Positions 42,897 to 52,873 of a stretch of 64,000 nt of DNA are shown piece by piece. Below the pieces are notes generated by a model, which was not told the origin of the DNA, did no database searches, and saw nothing but the letters and a program-made list of their open reading frames with translations. The first letter of the stretch is position 1; each line of letters starts with the position of its first letter. Made by a program: the position numbers and the translations under genes. Source of the DNA: an uncultured Methanoregulaceae archaeon (GTDB lineage: Archaea > Halobacteriota > Methanomicrobia > Methanomicrobiales > Methanospirillaceae); contig OY970061.1 of assembly GCA_963705255.1 (NCBI GenBank), positions 2,304,001-2,368,000 on the forward strand, written 5' to 3'.

Positions 42897-43358
42897 ATGT
42901 ACGCAGTAGTTCAGGTCCGCGGGGTAGTGAAAACCCGGCGGGACATCAAGGACACGCTCAAGATGCTGCGCCTGCACCACATCAACCACTGTGTGCTCGT
43001 GCCGGACTCTCCCGAAAACCTCGGCATGATCCGGAAAGTAAAGGACTATGTCGCCTATGGCGAGGTCGATGCAGCGACCATCGAGACGCTGCTCCAGACC
43101 CGGGGCCGGGTTATCGGCGATGCACCGCTCACGGATGATTACATCAAGTCAAACTCAACGTACAGCGGTATTGCCGAATTCGCAAAAGCGCTAGCAGGCG
43201 GGGAGACGAAACTGCGCGATGTACCGGGGCTCAAGCCAGTACTCCGGCTTCACCCCCCGCGCAAGGGATACAAGACCACCAAACGCACCTTCCCACAAGG
43301 CGGAGCGCTTGGCTATTATGGTCAGGAGATCAATACTCTCCTCTACAAGATGAGGTGA
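42897..43358 (+). CDS. rpl30: 50S ribosomal protein L30
   Basis: RLHPPRKG, GGALGY. Confidence 0.96.
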   Translation: MYAVVQVRGVVKTRRDIKDTLKMLRLHHINHCVLVPDSPENLGMIRKVKDYVAYGEVDAATIETLLQTRGRVIGDAPLTDDYIKSNSTYSGIAEFAKALAGGETKLRDVPGLKPVLRLHPPRKGYKTTKRTFPQGGALGYYGQEINTLLYKMR

Positions 43359-43363
43359 TGAGG

Positions 43364-43792
43364 ATGCCAACCAACAAACGTTCAAAATACCGCGGATCGC
43401 GGACATGCGGTGGCGGCACCCACAAGAACCGCCGGGGTGCAGGCAACCGCGGAGGCAGGGGCCGTGCCGGTATCAACGCCCACCACTTTGTCAAGTGGTA
43501 CAAGGAGATGGGTGGACCGGTATTCGGTAAGGACGGGTTCTGCAACCCGACCGGAACCGAAGTAACAGCCATCGATGTCGGGGCACTGGATCAGATCGTT
43601 CCTTCGCTCCTTGCACAGGGTATTGCCAGGCAGGAGGGGGACGCAGTCGTGATCAATATCGCCGATATGGGCATTGAAAAAGTCCTTGGAAGCGGGAAGG
43701 TCACCCGAAAGATCAACATCTCTGCCGAAGCATTCTCCGATACCGCAAAGGCAAAGATCGAAAAGATGGGCGGAAAAGCACAGGTTGTTTAA
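43364..43792 (+). CDS. rpl15: 50S ribosomal protein L15
   Basis: RGAGNRGGRGRAG, KVLGSG. Confidence 0.97.
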   Translation: MPTNKRSKYRGSRTCGGGTHKNRRGAGNRGGRGRAGINAHHFVKWYKEMGGPVFGKDGFCNPTGTEVTAIDVGALDQIVPSLLAQGIARQEGDAVVINIADMGIEKVLGSGKVTRKINISAEAFSDTAKAKIEKMGGKAQVV

Positions 43793-43822
43793 CGACCATA
43801 CAGACAATTTTTTGGTGAAACA

Positions 43823-45256
43823 ATGGGAAACCTGCTGGATCGAATGGAACCCCTGCTTGCTGCGATGCCCGCAGTCAAGAGCCCTGAGGGACACGTTCAT
43901 TTCAAGAATAAACTGATCTGGACGCTGGGAATATTGATTCTGTATTTTGTCCTGACGAATATCCCGATTTTCGGTCTTTCTCCCTCAAGTCAGGATTTAT
44001 TTTCGGCATGGCGTGCACTCCTCGCCGGTGCCAGTGGATCGATCGTTCACCTTGGTATCGGGCCGATCGTCACTGCGTCCATCGTTCTCCAGCTGCTGAA
44101 AGGTGCAGATATCCTTCACATTGACACGAGCGAGACACGCGGGCAGGTCATGTACATGGGACTGCAGAAGATCCTCATCATGGTGATGATCGTGATCGAG
44201 GCAGCGCCAAACCTTGTCGGCAGTTTCATGCAGCCCAATCCGACCATTGCCACCCAGTTCTTTGGCGGCAACCTGTTTGCCGTATCCCTCCTCATCTTCA
44301 TCCAGATCTGCATCGGGGGGGTCCTCATCTTCTTCATGGATGAAGTGGTGACCAAATGGGGCATCGGATCCGGTGTCGGTCTCTTCATCATTGCCGGAAT
44401 CTCCCAGGCGCTCGTCAGCGGGTTCATCAACTGGGCAAAGGTACAGGACCAGTATCCGACCGGGTTCTTCCCGCGACTCATCGCCATCGGGTTGGACGGG
44501 GGCAGTTATCTCACGTACTTCGGTACGAATATCCTCGCGTTCATCACGACGATCGCCATCTTCCTCATCATCGTATACGTGGAGTCCACGCGGATCGAGA
44601 TCCCCCTTGCTCATGCGCAGGTGCGGGGCGCCCGGGCCCGTTTCCCGGTCAAACTGATCTATGCGAGTGTCCTCCCCATGATCCTCGTGCGGGTACTGCA
44701 GGCAAATATCCAGATGGTCGGGATGTTCTTATCCAATGTCGGTATCACCATGTTCGGGACGTTCAGCGGCTCGACACCCCAGAATGGTATCATGTGGTAC
44801 CTTGCCCCGATCAATGGTCCGAGCCAGTGGATGTGGTGGACGACTGATCTCGGGCATGCGGTATGGCAGGTGCTATTACGGATGGGAATAGATATCACAT
44901 TCATGGTAGTCGGAGGTGCGATCTTTGCACTCTTCTGGATCAAGACTGCCGGGCTCGATTCAAAGGATGTGGCCCGCCAGATCCAGCTGTCCGGCATGTC
45001 CATCCCTGGCTACCGGCGGAACCCGCAGGTGCTTGAAAAGTACCTTGACCGGTATATTCCCCGTGTCACCGTTATCGGTGGTGTCTTTATCGGTGTGCTC
45101 AGTGTCATTGCAAACCTCTTTGGTGTCATCGGTGCGGTGAGCGGGACAGGGTTGCTCCTGACCGTAAGTATCACGTACCGTCTCTACGAGGAGATTGCAA
45201 GCCAGCAGATCATGGAAATGTACCCGTTCATGCGGACCTTCTTTGGCAAAGAGTAA
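43823..45256 (+). CDS. secY: Preprotein translocase SecY
   Basis: LGIGPIVTASIVLQLL, WGIGSGVGLFI, IPGYRR, SGTGLLL. Confidence 0.98.
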   Translation: MGNLLDRMEPLLAAMPAVKSPEGHVHFKNKLIWTLGILILYFVLTNIPIFGLSPSSQDLFSAWRALLAGASGSIVHLGIGPIVTASIVLQLLKGADILHIDTSETRGQVMYMGLQKILIMVMIVIEAAPNLVGSFMQPNPTIATQFFGGNLFAVSLLIFIQICIGGVLIFFMDEVVTKWGIGSGVGLFIIAGISQALVSGFINWAKVQDQYPTGFFPRLIAIGLDGGSYLTYFGTNILAFITTIAIFLIIVYVESTRIEIPLAHAQVRGARARFPVKLIYASVLPMILVRVLQANIQMVGMFLSNVGITMFGTFSGSTPQNGIMWYLAPINGPSQWMWWTTDLGHAVWQVLLRMGIDITFMVVGGAIFALFWIKTAGLDSKDVARQIQLSGMSIPGYRRNPQVLEKYLDRYIPRVTVIGGVFIGVLSVIANLFGVIGAVSGTGLLLTVSITYRLYEEIASQQIMEMYPFMRTFFGKE

Positions 45257-45272
45257 CAGGAAAGGGACGAGG

Positions 45273-45845
45273 ATGGTTGGAAAAAAGGTCATCATAACCG
45301 GCGTACCGGGTGTCGGTAAGACAACGGTTGTCAACGAGGCATTAAAAAAACTCAAAACAATAGGCGTGGAGTACCAGTCGATCAATTTCGGCACCTTCAT
45401 GTTCGAGGTTGCAAAGAACGACAATCTCGTTCAGGACAGGGACCAGATGCGCACCCTGGACCGTGCAGACCAGAAGCGTCTCCAGCAGCGGGCAGCACAG
45501 GCTATCGCGCAGGTCCCGGGAAACGTGCTGATCGATACTCACGCGTCGGTCAAAACACCAAAAGGTTACCTTGCAGGGCTGCCCGAATGGGTGCTCCGCG
45601 AGATCATGCCGGATATCATCATCCTTGTTGAGACCGATGATGACCAGATCCTCATCCGCCGGCTCACGGACGAGACGAGAGCCCGGGACAAAGAGGGGTC
45701 CCGGTCCATCTCAGAGCACCAGCAGTTCAACCGCTCCATTGCCGCGGCATACGCGATGATGACCGGGTGTACGATAAAAATTATCACGAACGCTGATTTC
45801 CTGCTCGAACGGTCCTCAACCGAACTTGCAGAAGTCCTCAGGTGA
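45273..45845 (+). CDS. adk: Archaeal adenylate kinase
   Basis: GVPGVGKTT P-loop, RDQMR, IDTH, GYLAGLP. Confidence 0.95.
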   Translation: MVGKKVIITGVPGVGKTTVVNEALKKLKTIGVEYQSINFGTFMFEVAKNDNLVQDRDQMRTLDRADQKRLQQRAAQAIAQVPGNVLIDTHASVKTPKGYLAGLPEWVLREIMPDIIILVETDDDQILIRRLTDETRARDKEGSRSISEHQQFNRSIAAAYAMMTGCTIKIITNADFLLERSSTELAEVLR

Positions 45846-45849
45846 ATAA

Positions 45850-46461
45850 ATGAATTTCCACAAGATCTGGGATCAATACAGTATCTGGCTCACCTTCGGC
45901 TTCATGTTCCTCATGATGTGGGCATATACGGTCCCGTGGCTGCGTCAGGATGTCGGCCAGAACATGGACGCGGCGTTTGCCCCGTTTGTCACAGAATTCA
46001 ATATCCCCTTTTATGTCCTGATCATCGGCCTCTCAGGTCTCACGGGCCTGTACTCGTCTATCGTCCAGAAGTACACGATCGATTATGAGAAGATGACCGA
46101 GTCACAGGAACGGATGAAGGAGTTCCAGGCAGAGTACCGTGAAGCCCAGCTCTCCCAGGACGAAAAGAAGATCAAGAAACTGGAAGCGAAAAAAGACCGG
46201 GTCATGAAGGAACAGCTCGAGATGTCCCAGCAGCAGTTCAAGCCGATGGCGTATATCCTTGTCCTGACCGTCCCGATCTTTTTCTGGCTTCTCTACCGCC
46301 TGAGCCAGATAAAGAGCACGATAACCATGCCGTATCTCGGGACCCATAACCTCCCTGAAGCGGTCATCTGGGTGATCCCGGCGTGGATGATCTGGTACAT
46401 GGTCTGTTCTATCACCTTAAGCCAGGTCATCCGGAAGTCCTTAAACATCGGAGGACTCTAA
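45850..46461 (+). CDS. DUF106 / EMC3-TMCO1 (Oxa1 superfamily) membrane protein
   Basis: TM-coiled coil-FKPM-TM, WMIWYMVCS; conserved adk-cmk context. Confidence 0.88.
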   Translation: MNFHKIWDQYSIWLTFGFMFLMMWAYTVPWLRQDVGQNMDAAFAPFVTEFNIPFYVLIIGLSGLTGLYSSIVQKYTIDYEKMTESQERMKEFQAEYREAQLSQDEKKIKKLEAKKDRVMKEQLEMSQQQFKPMAYILVLTVPIFFWLLYRLSQIKSTITMPYLGTHNLPEAVIWVIPAWMIWYMVCSITLSQVIRKSLNIGGL

Positions 46462-47004
46462 ATGAGGATCACCGTGAGCGGGCTGCCCGGAAGCGGGACA
46501 ACCTCACTCTCACGGTACCTTGCGGAGCGCCACGGGTTTTCCATGATCTCTGCGGGAGAGGTCTTCCGCCAGCTCGCACAGGAACACAACATGGAGCTGG
46601 CCCGGTTCGGCAACCTTGCCCGGCAGGATCCCTCCTATGATAAGATGATCGATGCCCGCCAGAAAGAGATCGCACAGGAGCGGGACGACATCATTGTTGA
46701 AGGCAGGCTCTCCGGCTGGATGGTTGATGGTGCGGATCTCAAAGTCTGGCTCTATGCCCCCATCGGCTGCCGGATACAACGGATTGCCACCCGCGACAAC
46801 GTGGCTGATGAAAAAACAGCAGCGGCGCTCACACTGGAACGGGAACAGTGCGAGGCTGACCGCTATCGCTCGTACTATTCCATCGATATCTCGGATCTCT
46901 CCATCTATCACATCATCCTGAACTCGGAACACTGGGGTGTCGAAGGATTGGGTGCGATCATTGATACGGCGATCGCCCGGCTGAAACCTGATGAAACCCG
47001 ATAA
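46462..47004 (+). CDS. cmk: Cytidylate kinase
   Basis: SGLPGSGTTS, SAGEVFR, VEGRLSGW. Confidence 0.93.
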   Translation: MRITVSGLPGSGTTSLSRYLAERHGFSMISAGEVFRQLAQEHNMELARFGNLARQDPSYDKMIDARQKEIAQERDDIIVEGRLSGWMVDGADLKVWLYAPIGCRIQRIATRDNVADEKTAAALTLEREQCEADRYRSYYSIDISDLSIYHIILNSEHWGVEGLGAIIDTAIARLKPDETR

Positions 47005-47112
47005 CCGTTTGTTCTGCGGTAGAGCCGCAGGCCCGATGACTTCTCTGCAGGCCGGTGATGGTATATCCGGAGAACTTTTTCGTGAGCACGCACATAATCA
47101 CTCCTGCGGAAG

Positions 47113-47544
47113 GTGACTGGATTGGACGATGAAATTGCCATCCGGCTGGTTGATACCTGGGACAAGGACGAGATTGTCCAGCTCTATCGCGCAGGCGGGT
47201 GGTGGAAGGACGAATATGATCTTGACTCGCTTCCCGGCCTGATCCGGGGCAGCTTCGCCTTCGCTGTCGCGATCGATCGGAAAACCGGGCATGCGATCGG
47301 GATGGGGAGGGTTATCTCTGACGGCGTCTTTGACGGGTACATCCAGGATCTTGTCGTTCTTCCCGCCTACCGGAAGAGGGGGATCGGTGCGGGGATTATT
47401 GCGGCGCTGGTCGCTCGATGTACCGGTTCGGGAATCTCCTGGATCGGGCTCATCGCGGAACCCGGCACCCAGTCATTTTACCAGCCCCTGGGGTTCTCTC
47501 CGATGAAAGGGTATATCCCCCTGCTGCTGAAGAGGGATCCATGA
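47113..47544 (+). CDS. GNAT-family N-acetyltransferase
   Basis: IGMGRVISDG, DLVVLPAYRKRGIG, FYQPLGF. Confidence 0.88.
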   Translation: MTGLDDEIAIRLVDTWDKDEIVQLYRAGGWWKDEYDLDSLPGLIRGSFAFAVAIDRKTGHAIGMGRVISDGVFDGYIQDLVVLPAYRKRGIGAGIIAALVARCTGSGISWIGLIAEPGTQSFYQPLGFSPMKGYIPLLLKRDP

Positions 47545-48437
47545 TGCTTACCCAGGATAATTTCAGGCCCGTGACCCTTGCAGACCGGGAATTTTTCGAG
47601 AAGCACTATGCCCATTACCCTCAGGTCCACAGTGATAACACCTTCACCAACATGGTCTGCTGGAACCATTATGCCTCATACAGTTTCGCCTATGTTGAGA
47701 AAAATGTCGTAATTGCAAGCACGATCGGCAGCGTCACGAGGTTCCGAGCCCCGATCGGCCCCCGGAACCCGGCACTTCTCCGGTCCCTGATCCGCTTGGC
47801 ATCGGACGTCAGTGACAACGAGCCTGTCGTCCTGATCGATCCCGAGACCGCCATCTGGATGCGGGAAGTCTGTCCCGGGATCAACCTGGTCCCCGACCGG
47901 AACCACTTCGAATACGTGTACCGCTCCCTCGACCTCGCGGAGCTTCCCGGAAAAAATTACCTGACTATCCGCCGCCAGGTCAACAAGTTCCGTCGTACCT
48001 GCGCGAACACGGTCGAGCCGATCTCACGGGAAAACTGGGAGGAAGTAAAACGGTTCCTCATCGAGTGGTGTGAATGGAAAGGCTGCGAAGGCGACCCGGT
48101 CCTTGCGCACGAGAAGGAAGCGGTTTTTTTTGCCATCGACCATTTCGACGAGCTCCCGCTCAGCGGGCTTATTATCCGGGTCTTCTCCAAGGTCGGCGCC
48201 ATCGCGCTCTTCGAACCCATGACCGAGGATACGGCGCTCGTGCATTTCGAGAAAGGCCTGCCCGACTGCGAAGGCATCTACAAGGCGATCAATACTGAGA
48301 CGGCCGCAATTCTTGCAAAGCGGTTTGCCTACATAAACCGCGAAAGCGACCTCGGCGTCGCCGGCCTGCGGGAGGCGAAGATGAGGTACCACCCGCACCA
48401 TATGGTGGAAGTCTTCTCGATGAAGCGGGATTCGTAA
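47541..48437 (+). CDS. DUF2156 (aminoacyl-phosphatidylglycerol synthase C-terminal-like) protein
   Basis: YVY...LAELPGK, VHFEKG, YINRESDLGVAGLREAKMRYHP. Confidence 0.85.
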   Translation: MMLTQDNFRPVTLADREFFEKHYAHYPQVHSDNTFTNMVCWNHYASYSFAYVEKNVVIASTIGSVTRFRAPIGPRNPALLRSLIRLASDVSDNEPVVLIDPETAIWMREVCPGINLVPDRNHFEYVYRSLDLAELPGKNYLTIRRQVNKFRRTCANTVEPISRENWEEVKRFLIEWCEWKGCEGDPVLAHEKEAVFFAIDHFDELPLSGLIIRVFSKVGAIALFEPMTEDTALVHFEKGLPDCEGIYKAINTETAAILAKRFAYINRESDLGVAGLREAKMRYHPHHMVEVFSMKRDS

Positions 48438-48468
48438 CCGGACCTGTTTTCAAAAAAAAAATATCCGG

Positions 48469-49062
48469 TCAATGAACGGTTGCCATTGCCATCACGCCCG
48501 AAGCGATGATCTTGATGGCAATGGCCGCAACGAGCATGCCGAGAACCTTGCCCATGATATCGGTGACAACTTCGCCAAGTACGCGCTGGATCAGTTCAGA
48601 ATAGTACAGGATGAGCCAGGTAGCGAGGAGCGAGAGGGTGATTGCGATAAATGGGATGAGGAGCCCGTAATCCTTTGAAAGGAGCATCACGGTAGTGATC
48701 GTCCCCGGTCCGCAGAGGAGCGGTGTTCCGATGACCACGCCCGCTGCGGTTTTTGCCCGATCTTTGCAGTGGCCTATCTCGATCCCGAGCGCCTCCTGGA
48801 TCCCGAGGAGGAAGAGAAGGATGCCGCCGGCTATCTGGAAACTCGGCAGGGTCAGCCCGAGGATATCAAAGATCGTTTTGTTGAAGATGAGGAAAAGGTA
48901 CATCAGCCCCCCTGCGACAGAGACTGCAATGAACGCCTGTTTATGAATTTCTGCCGGGGTCTGCCCTTTCGTCATCGCAGCAAATATGGGTACGGAGAGG
49001 AGAGGGTCCAGGATGATGAACAGGGCGGCGAAGGAGTAGATAATACCGGGAATGAGGTCCAT
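48469..49062 (-). CDS. MarC-family membrane protein
   Basis: LFIILDPL, FQIAGGILLF, PLLCGPGTIT. Confidence 0.9.
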   Translation of the reverse strand: MDLIPGIIYSFAALFIILDPLLSVPIFAAMTKGQTPAEIHKQAFIAVSVAGGLMYLFLIFNKTIFDILGLTLPSFQIAGGILLFLLGIQEALGIEIGHCKDRAKTAAGVVIGTPLLCGPGTITTVMLLSKDYGLLIPFIAITLSLLATWLILYYSELIQRVLGEVVTDIMGKVLGMLVAAIAIKIIASGVMAMATVH

Positions 49063-49262
49063 TTTCGTCTGATCAGGAATATACGCTCTTATCTGGGATA
49101 AAATTAGGGTTCAGCCGTCCTGCGGACCCGTGCGGGCTGCACGGTACGGTCCGGCCGTTTTGCATTATTCATAATATATAAAAGCCGGCACTCTCTATGT
49201 TCAAGTAAAGCGGAACCTTTCCTGCAATGGCAGAAGAGAGAGGCCGCGATGGTGAAGTTTTC

Positions 49263-49839
49263 ATGGCAAAAGCAGCAACATCGTCGAAAAAAGGTGGTCT
49301 GAAGAAGGCCACGAAACCTGCGGCAGCGAACAAGCGATCTGCATCCGCGGTGAGGAAATCCGTACCTGAGAGGAAGGCCCCTGCGAAGAAAACGACCGCG
49401 ATAAAGAAGGGGGCGACGAAAGTCTCCCCAAAAAAGAAGGCTGGAAAAGCGGCATCAAAGGATATGACACGGTACAAGTGCAGACTCTGCGGGTACGTCT
49501 ATTCGCCCTTCCGTGGGGAACCGCACAACGGCATCCCTGCAGGTACTGCTTTTGAAGATCTCCCGGAGACATATGTCTGTCCGGTGTGCGGAATGGAGGG
49601 AAAGGGGAAGATTGGCAAGTGGGGCTTTGATGAATGGCGGTCCGACCCGCTATATCTGTTCCATGTGCGATTATATCTATGATGAAAAACGCGGCGAACC
49701 CCATCGTGGTATTAAACCCGGGACAAAATTTGAGGACCTTCCGGATGATTATGTCTGTCCTGTCTGTGCAACTGATCCTAAAATTGTATTACGATATGGG
49801 AATGTTGTCAAGCAGGGTTTTTCACCGTTGTATGATTGA
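49263..49839 (+). CDS. Tandem-rubredoxin protein with Lys/Ala-rich N-terminal region (extra base near 49640)
   Basis: [10 protein letters not shown]...GTAFEDLP...CPVC and [10 protein letters not shown]...GTKFEDLP...CPVC in two frames. Confidence 0.8.
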
Positions 49840-49875
49840 GATAATCCCAAATCTTTTTCACGAAATGTATTTTTT

Positions 49876-50058
49876 GGTTCTGGAGAAATCATTGGCTTTC
49901 ATCACAAACGCTCTTGGGGGAGACTGCTGTTCCCGAAGGGAAGAGCAGGCTGGAGAAGAACTCGTCAGAGTTCTTCGACTTGGGAGAGAGGGGGTCACAC
50001 TCATAACTATTTAAGAATATAAGCGAATCACACGATAAAACCGGGTTTCTACAGAGCC
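49876..50058. mobile_element. MITE-like element, copy 2 (single hairpin cassette)
   Basis: TIRs GGTTCTGGAGAAATC ... GGTTTCTACAGAGCC; ~70 nt essentially identical to 23699-23769. Confidence 0.7.
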
Positions 50059-50299
50059 CATTTTTTTAATACTCGCACAATCATGCTCTGAATATGAACA
50101 ATCCCTGCACTTCCCCGTTGTATCCGTCTCCTTTTCCGGAGTGATATTCGGCAATTCCCGAGTGAACCCGGCTTCGTGTTCGAATGTGTCGGACTATGGA
50201 TGTATCGAAGTCAACACCGCCCCTGTCCAAACCCGAACCTTTTATTGGGTGGACTGGTTTACAGTAAAGGTACAGGATTGGCTGTCAGGAAGACTGACG

Positions 50300-50641
50300 A
50301 TGACACTCTGCACCACAGAAAACGAGGGGGAGATCATTTTTGTCCATATGCCCCCCCAGATCGACCACGTTATGGCGATGGGCCTGGACCTTGAGCTCAA
50401 AGGTTGGGTTCTCGAAGGGCCACGAGTGCTGCTCTGTGACTTTTCCGGGACCCGGTACATCTCGAGTTCCGGGCTCCGGGTCATCCTGGCGATCGCAAAG
50501 ATGATGAAGAGTTCCGGAGGGAGGTTCGGAATATATTCCCTTTCGCCGTTTGTTGCCCACATCTTCAGCATGTCCGGGTTCTCTCAGCTCATTTCCATCT
50601 ATGCATCCAGACCTGACGCGGTCCGGGCTGTATCCACCTGA
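50300..50641 (+). CDS. STAS-domain (anti-anti-sigma-like) protein
   Basis: DFSGTRYISSSGLRVIL...IFSMSGF. Confidence 0.85.
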   Translation: MTLCTTENEGEIIFVHMPPQIDHVMAMGLDLELKGWVLEGPRVLLCDFSGTRYISSSGLRVILAIAKMMKSSGGRFGIYSLSPFVAHIFSMSGFSQLISIYASRPDAVRAVST

Positions 50642-50959
50642 CAGTCCCCCTGTGCGGTATGAAAGAGCGACTGGTCTTCCGGAGAGTACCCGGCCCTCCT
50701 GAATTTTGCGATACCTCACCGGACAAACCCTTCCGGGCAGGGAATAACGGGCTGCCGCCCGTTGTCCCGGTGAGCCGGCGAGGGTGCCTGGCTCATCGTC
50801 ACACTACTCTTCATTTCCTTTATGCCTGAACGGAGACTCCACAGCTGTCACGTATCCGCGTCAACTCCAACGATTGTATCGAACCATATCTCAGGGTTGC
50901 GCCGGTATCACCATAATTATAAACCTCCTGGCAGTTTAAATTTGAAACGAGGGATCTCT

Positions 50960-51655
50960 ATGGGCCTGTTCAATACCTTTCGGAGTATCGCGCCGGGTAT
51001 AGTTTTTCTCTCTCTTCTCGTGAGTGCCATTGTGCTCATCGTCTGGGTCTCGGCGGCGGACACGAGTAATACCTACGAAGGGTATCTTGGGGATACCATC
51101 GACCTCCACGGAGTGTCCTACAAAGGAGATCAGGTATACCTGTTCTTTACCGGCCCGGGCCTGCCTGATAACGGGGTCACTCTCGATGATCCTTCATTGC
51201 GTGCAGACCAGGGACATTTCACGATTGTCGGCCTCAACAGCAACCAGCAGTGGGCGATGACATGGGACACGTTCAGGATTGAAAATCAGATCAGTCCCGG
51301 TTCGTACACCGTCTATGTGGTGACCAGTCCTGTCGATAAATCCGGTCTCGCCGGCGCCAGCTACCAGACCCTGACCGTGGATCTGAAAAATCCCGAATCA
51401 CCGGGGTATTCTTCATCTGCAGGGACCGAGTATACGCTCAATCCGGAAAAGTTTACCAGGGATTCTGAGACACCAGTTCCCCCAACGACAACCATCGCCC
51501 CTGTCAGAACGCCGCCTACGGTCGTACCGGTAAATCTGTCAACCACTCTCTCAGCGAGCACAGCCCCCACCACGCAGAAATCCGCCCTATTCCCGTTCCA
51601 ATCTCTCCTTGGTGTGACCTGTGCCCTTGTGGCATTCCTGTACAGAAAAAGTTGA
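50960..51655 (+). CDS. Secreted/surface protein with one S-layer-like domain and Thr/Pro linker
   Basis: Signal peptide; YLGDTIDLHG...YLFFTGPGL...W...WDT...GSYTVY resembles an S-layer segment; C-terminal hydrophobic anchor. Confidence 0.7.
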   Translation: MGLFNTFRSIAPGIVFLSLLVSAIVLIVWVSAADTSNTYEGYLGDTIDLHGVSYKGDQVYLFFTGPGLPDNGVTLDDPSLRADQGHFTIVGLNSNQQWAMTWDTFRIENQISPGSYTVYVVTSPVDKSGLAGASYQTLTVDLKNPESPGYSSSAGTEYTLNPEKFTRDSETPVPPTTTIAPVRTPPTVVPVNLSTTLSASTAPTTQKSALFPFQSLLGVTCALVAFLYRKS

Positions 51656-51809
51656 GGCCCCAGGGCCAGCCCCTCCTTTTTGCCGGTTATTCAGAAGGAT
51701 CTTCGGGTTTCGCTGCATTTCCACTTCTCCCTGAGAAGGGGGAATCACCAAAAAGAAATTTCCCTCCATACAACAGGAAGGTATTATCATACCCCGTGTG
51801 AATGGTAAT

Positions 51810-52445
51810 ATGAGTGGTATGGACATCCCCGCAATGCTTGACAAGGCGCACATCCTCGCGAAGACCGGGCGTTATGACGATGCTATTTCCCAGTATGACA
51901 ATATCCTCAAGATTGACGGGAACAATACGGTGGCGCTTGAAAACAAAGGCAAGGTCTATTACTACCTCGGCAGGCACGAGGATGCCATTGCCTGTTATGA
52001 CAAGGCGATTGCCATCAATCCGGACCTCGTCACGGTCTGGTACGAAAAAGGCTACACCCTGCGAAAGATCCGCCGGCATGAAGAGGCGATAGACTGTTTC
52101 GATCATGCCCTCTCGATCGATCCGGAGTACAGCTTCGCTCTTTCCAACAAGGGATATTCCTTAAACGAGCTGGGGAGATACAAAGAGGCGATCACCTGCT
52201 TTGATCTCATACTCGAATCCAGTCCGAAAAACATCCGGGCAATGACGGCAAAAGGGATTGCCCTCCGGGAACTCGGGAAAAATGAAGAAGCCCTCAGATA
52301 TTTCGAAAAAGCGATTGAATCCAACCCGATCAATTCGTTCGTCTGGTACAATAAGGCGATAGCGCTCCGCAACCTCGGGAGGTTGAAGGAAGCGGACGAG
52401 GCGATAAGGATCGTGAACTTCCCGCAGCGAACGGGGAGAACATAG
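51810..52445 (+). CDS. Tetratricopeptide repeat protein
   Basis: About six TPRs (NKG...LGR.EEAI.C(Y/F)D.A). Confidence 0.9.
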   Translation: MSGMDIPAMLDKAHILAKTGRYDDAISQYDNILKIDGNNTVALENKGKVYYYLGRHEDAIACYDKAIAINPDLVTVWYEKGYTLRKIRRHEEAIDCFDHALSIDPEYSFALSNKGYSLNELGRYKEAITCFDLILESSPKNIRAMTAKGIALRELGKNEEALRYFEKAIESNPINSFVWYNKAIALRNLGRLKEADEAIRIVNFPQRTGRT

Positions 52446-52590
52446 GGAAATCGCTCATCCCGGCACCCGGGAGGTTGCCAATTCATTTTTCAGATCAGTT
52501 CCCTGATGACAGTGATTATGGCAAAACCCTTCGCAGACAGATAAACGGAGGGAGCAAAAACCGGAATCAGGTCTCGGATGTAGTGACAGT

Positions 52591-52734
52591 CTAATAATAC
52601 ATCTTGCATCCAAGAAACCCGAGATACAGCCCGCCTGCTATAACAGTCAACGAGGTGAAGCCTGCAAGGAGGAATGCGAACCATACCATCCCTCCGCCGA
52701 TTATCTCTATCTCGTTCTTTGTCTGTTCATTCAT
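52591..52734 (-). CDS. Small membrane protein (47 aa)
   Basis: MNEQTKNEIEIIGGGMVWFAFLLAGFTSLTVIAGGLYLGFLGCKMYY, hydrophobic. Confidence 0.4.
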   Translation of the reverse strand: MNEQTKNEIEIIGGGMVWFAFLLAGFTSLTVIAGGLYLGFLGCKMYY

Positions 52735-52873
52735 CTGAATAGGACCACGGTTATGCCGTCGTAAAAATGGTATACGGCCAGGATCTGATGCATCTGCTGG
52801 TGGTTTGTGAATTTTTCCCCTCGAAAGAATTTTTACATCAACCGCAGACGCGCCAGAACCGATGCCGGGCAGG

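Noticed and set aside
41421-42989. 522-aa minus-strand ORF and other long antisense or alternative-frame ORFs (e.g. 35497..36522, 10827..11957, 8625..9554, 62969..63952)
   Set aside because: Shadows of real genes caused by GC-rich codon bias; no recognisable motifs
45850-47004. Absence of rpl34e/rpl14e around cmk and relocation of cbf5 away from cmk
   Set aside because: Loss of these ribosomal proteins is known for Methanomicrobia, and the relocation is ordinary operon shuffling
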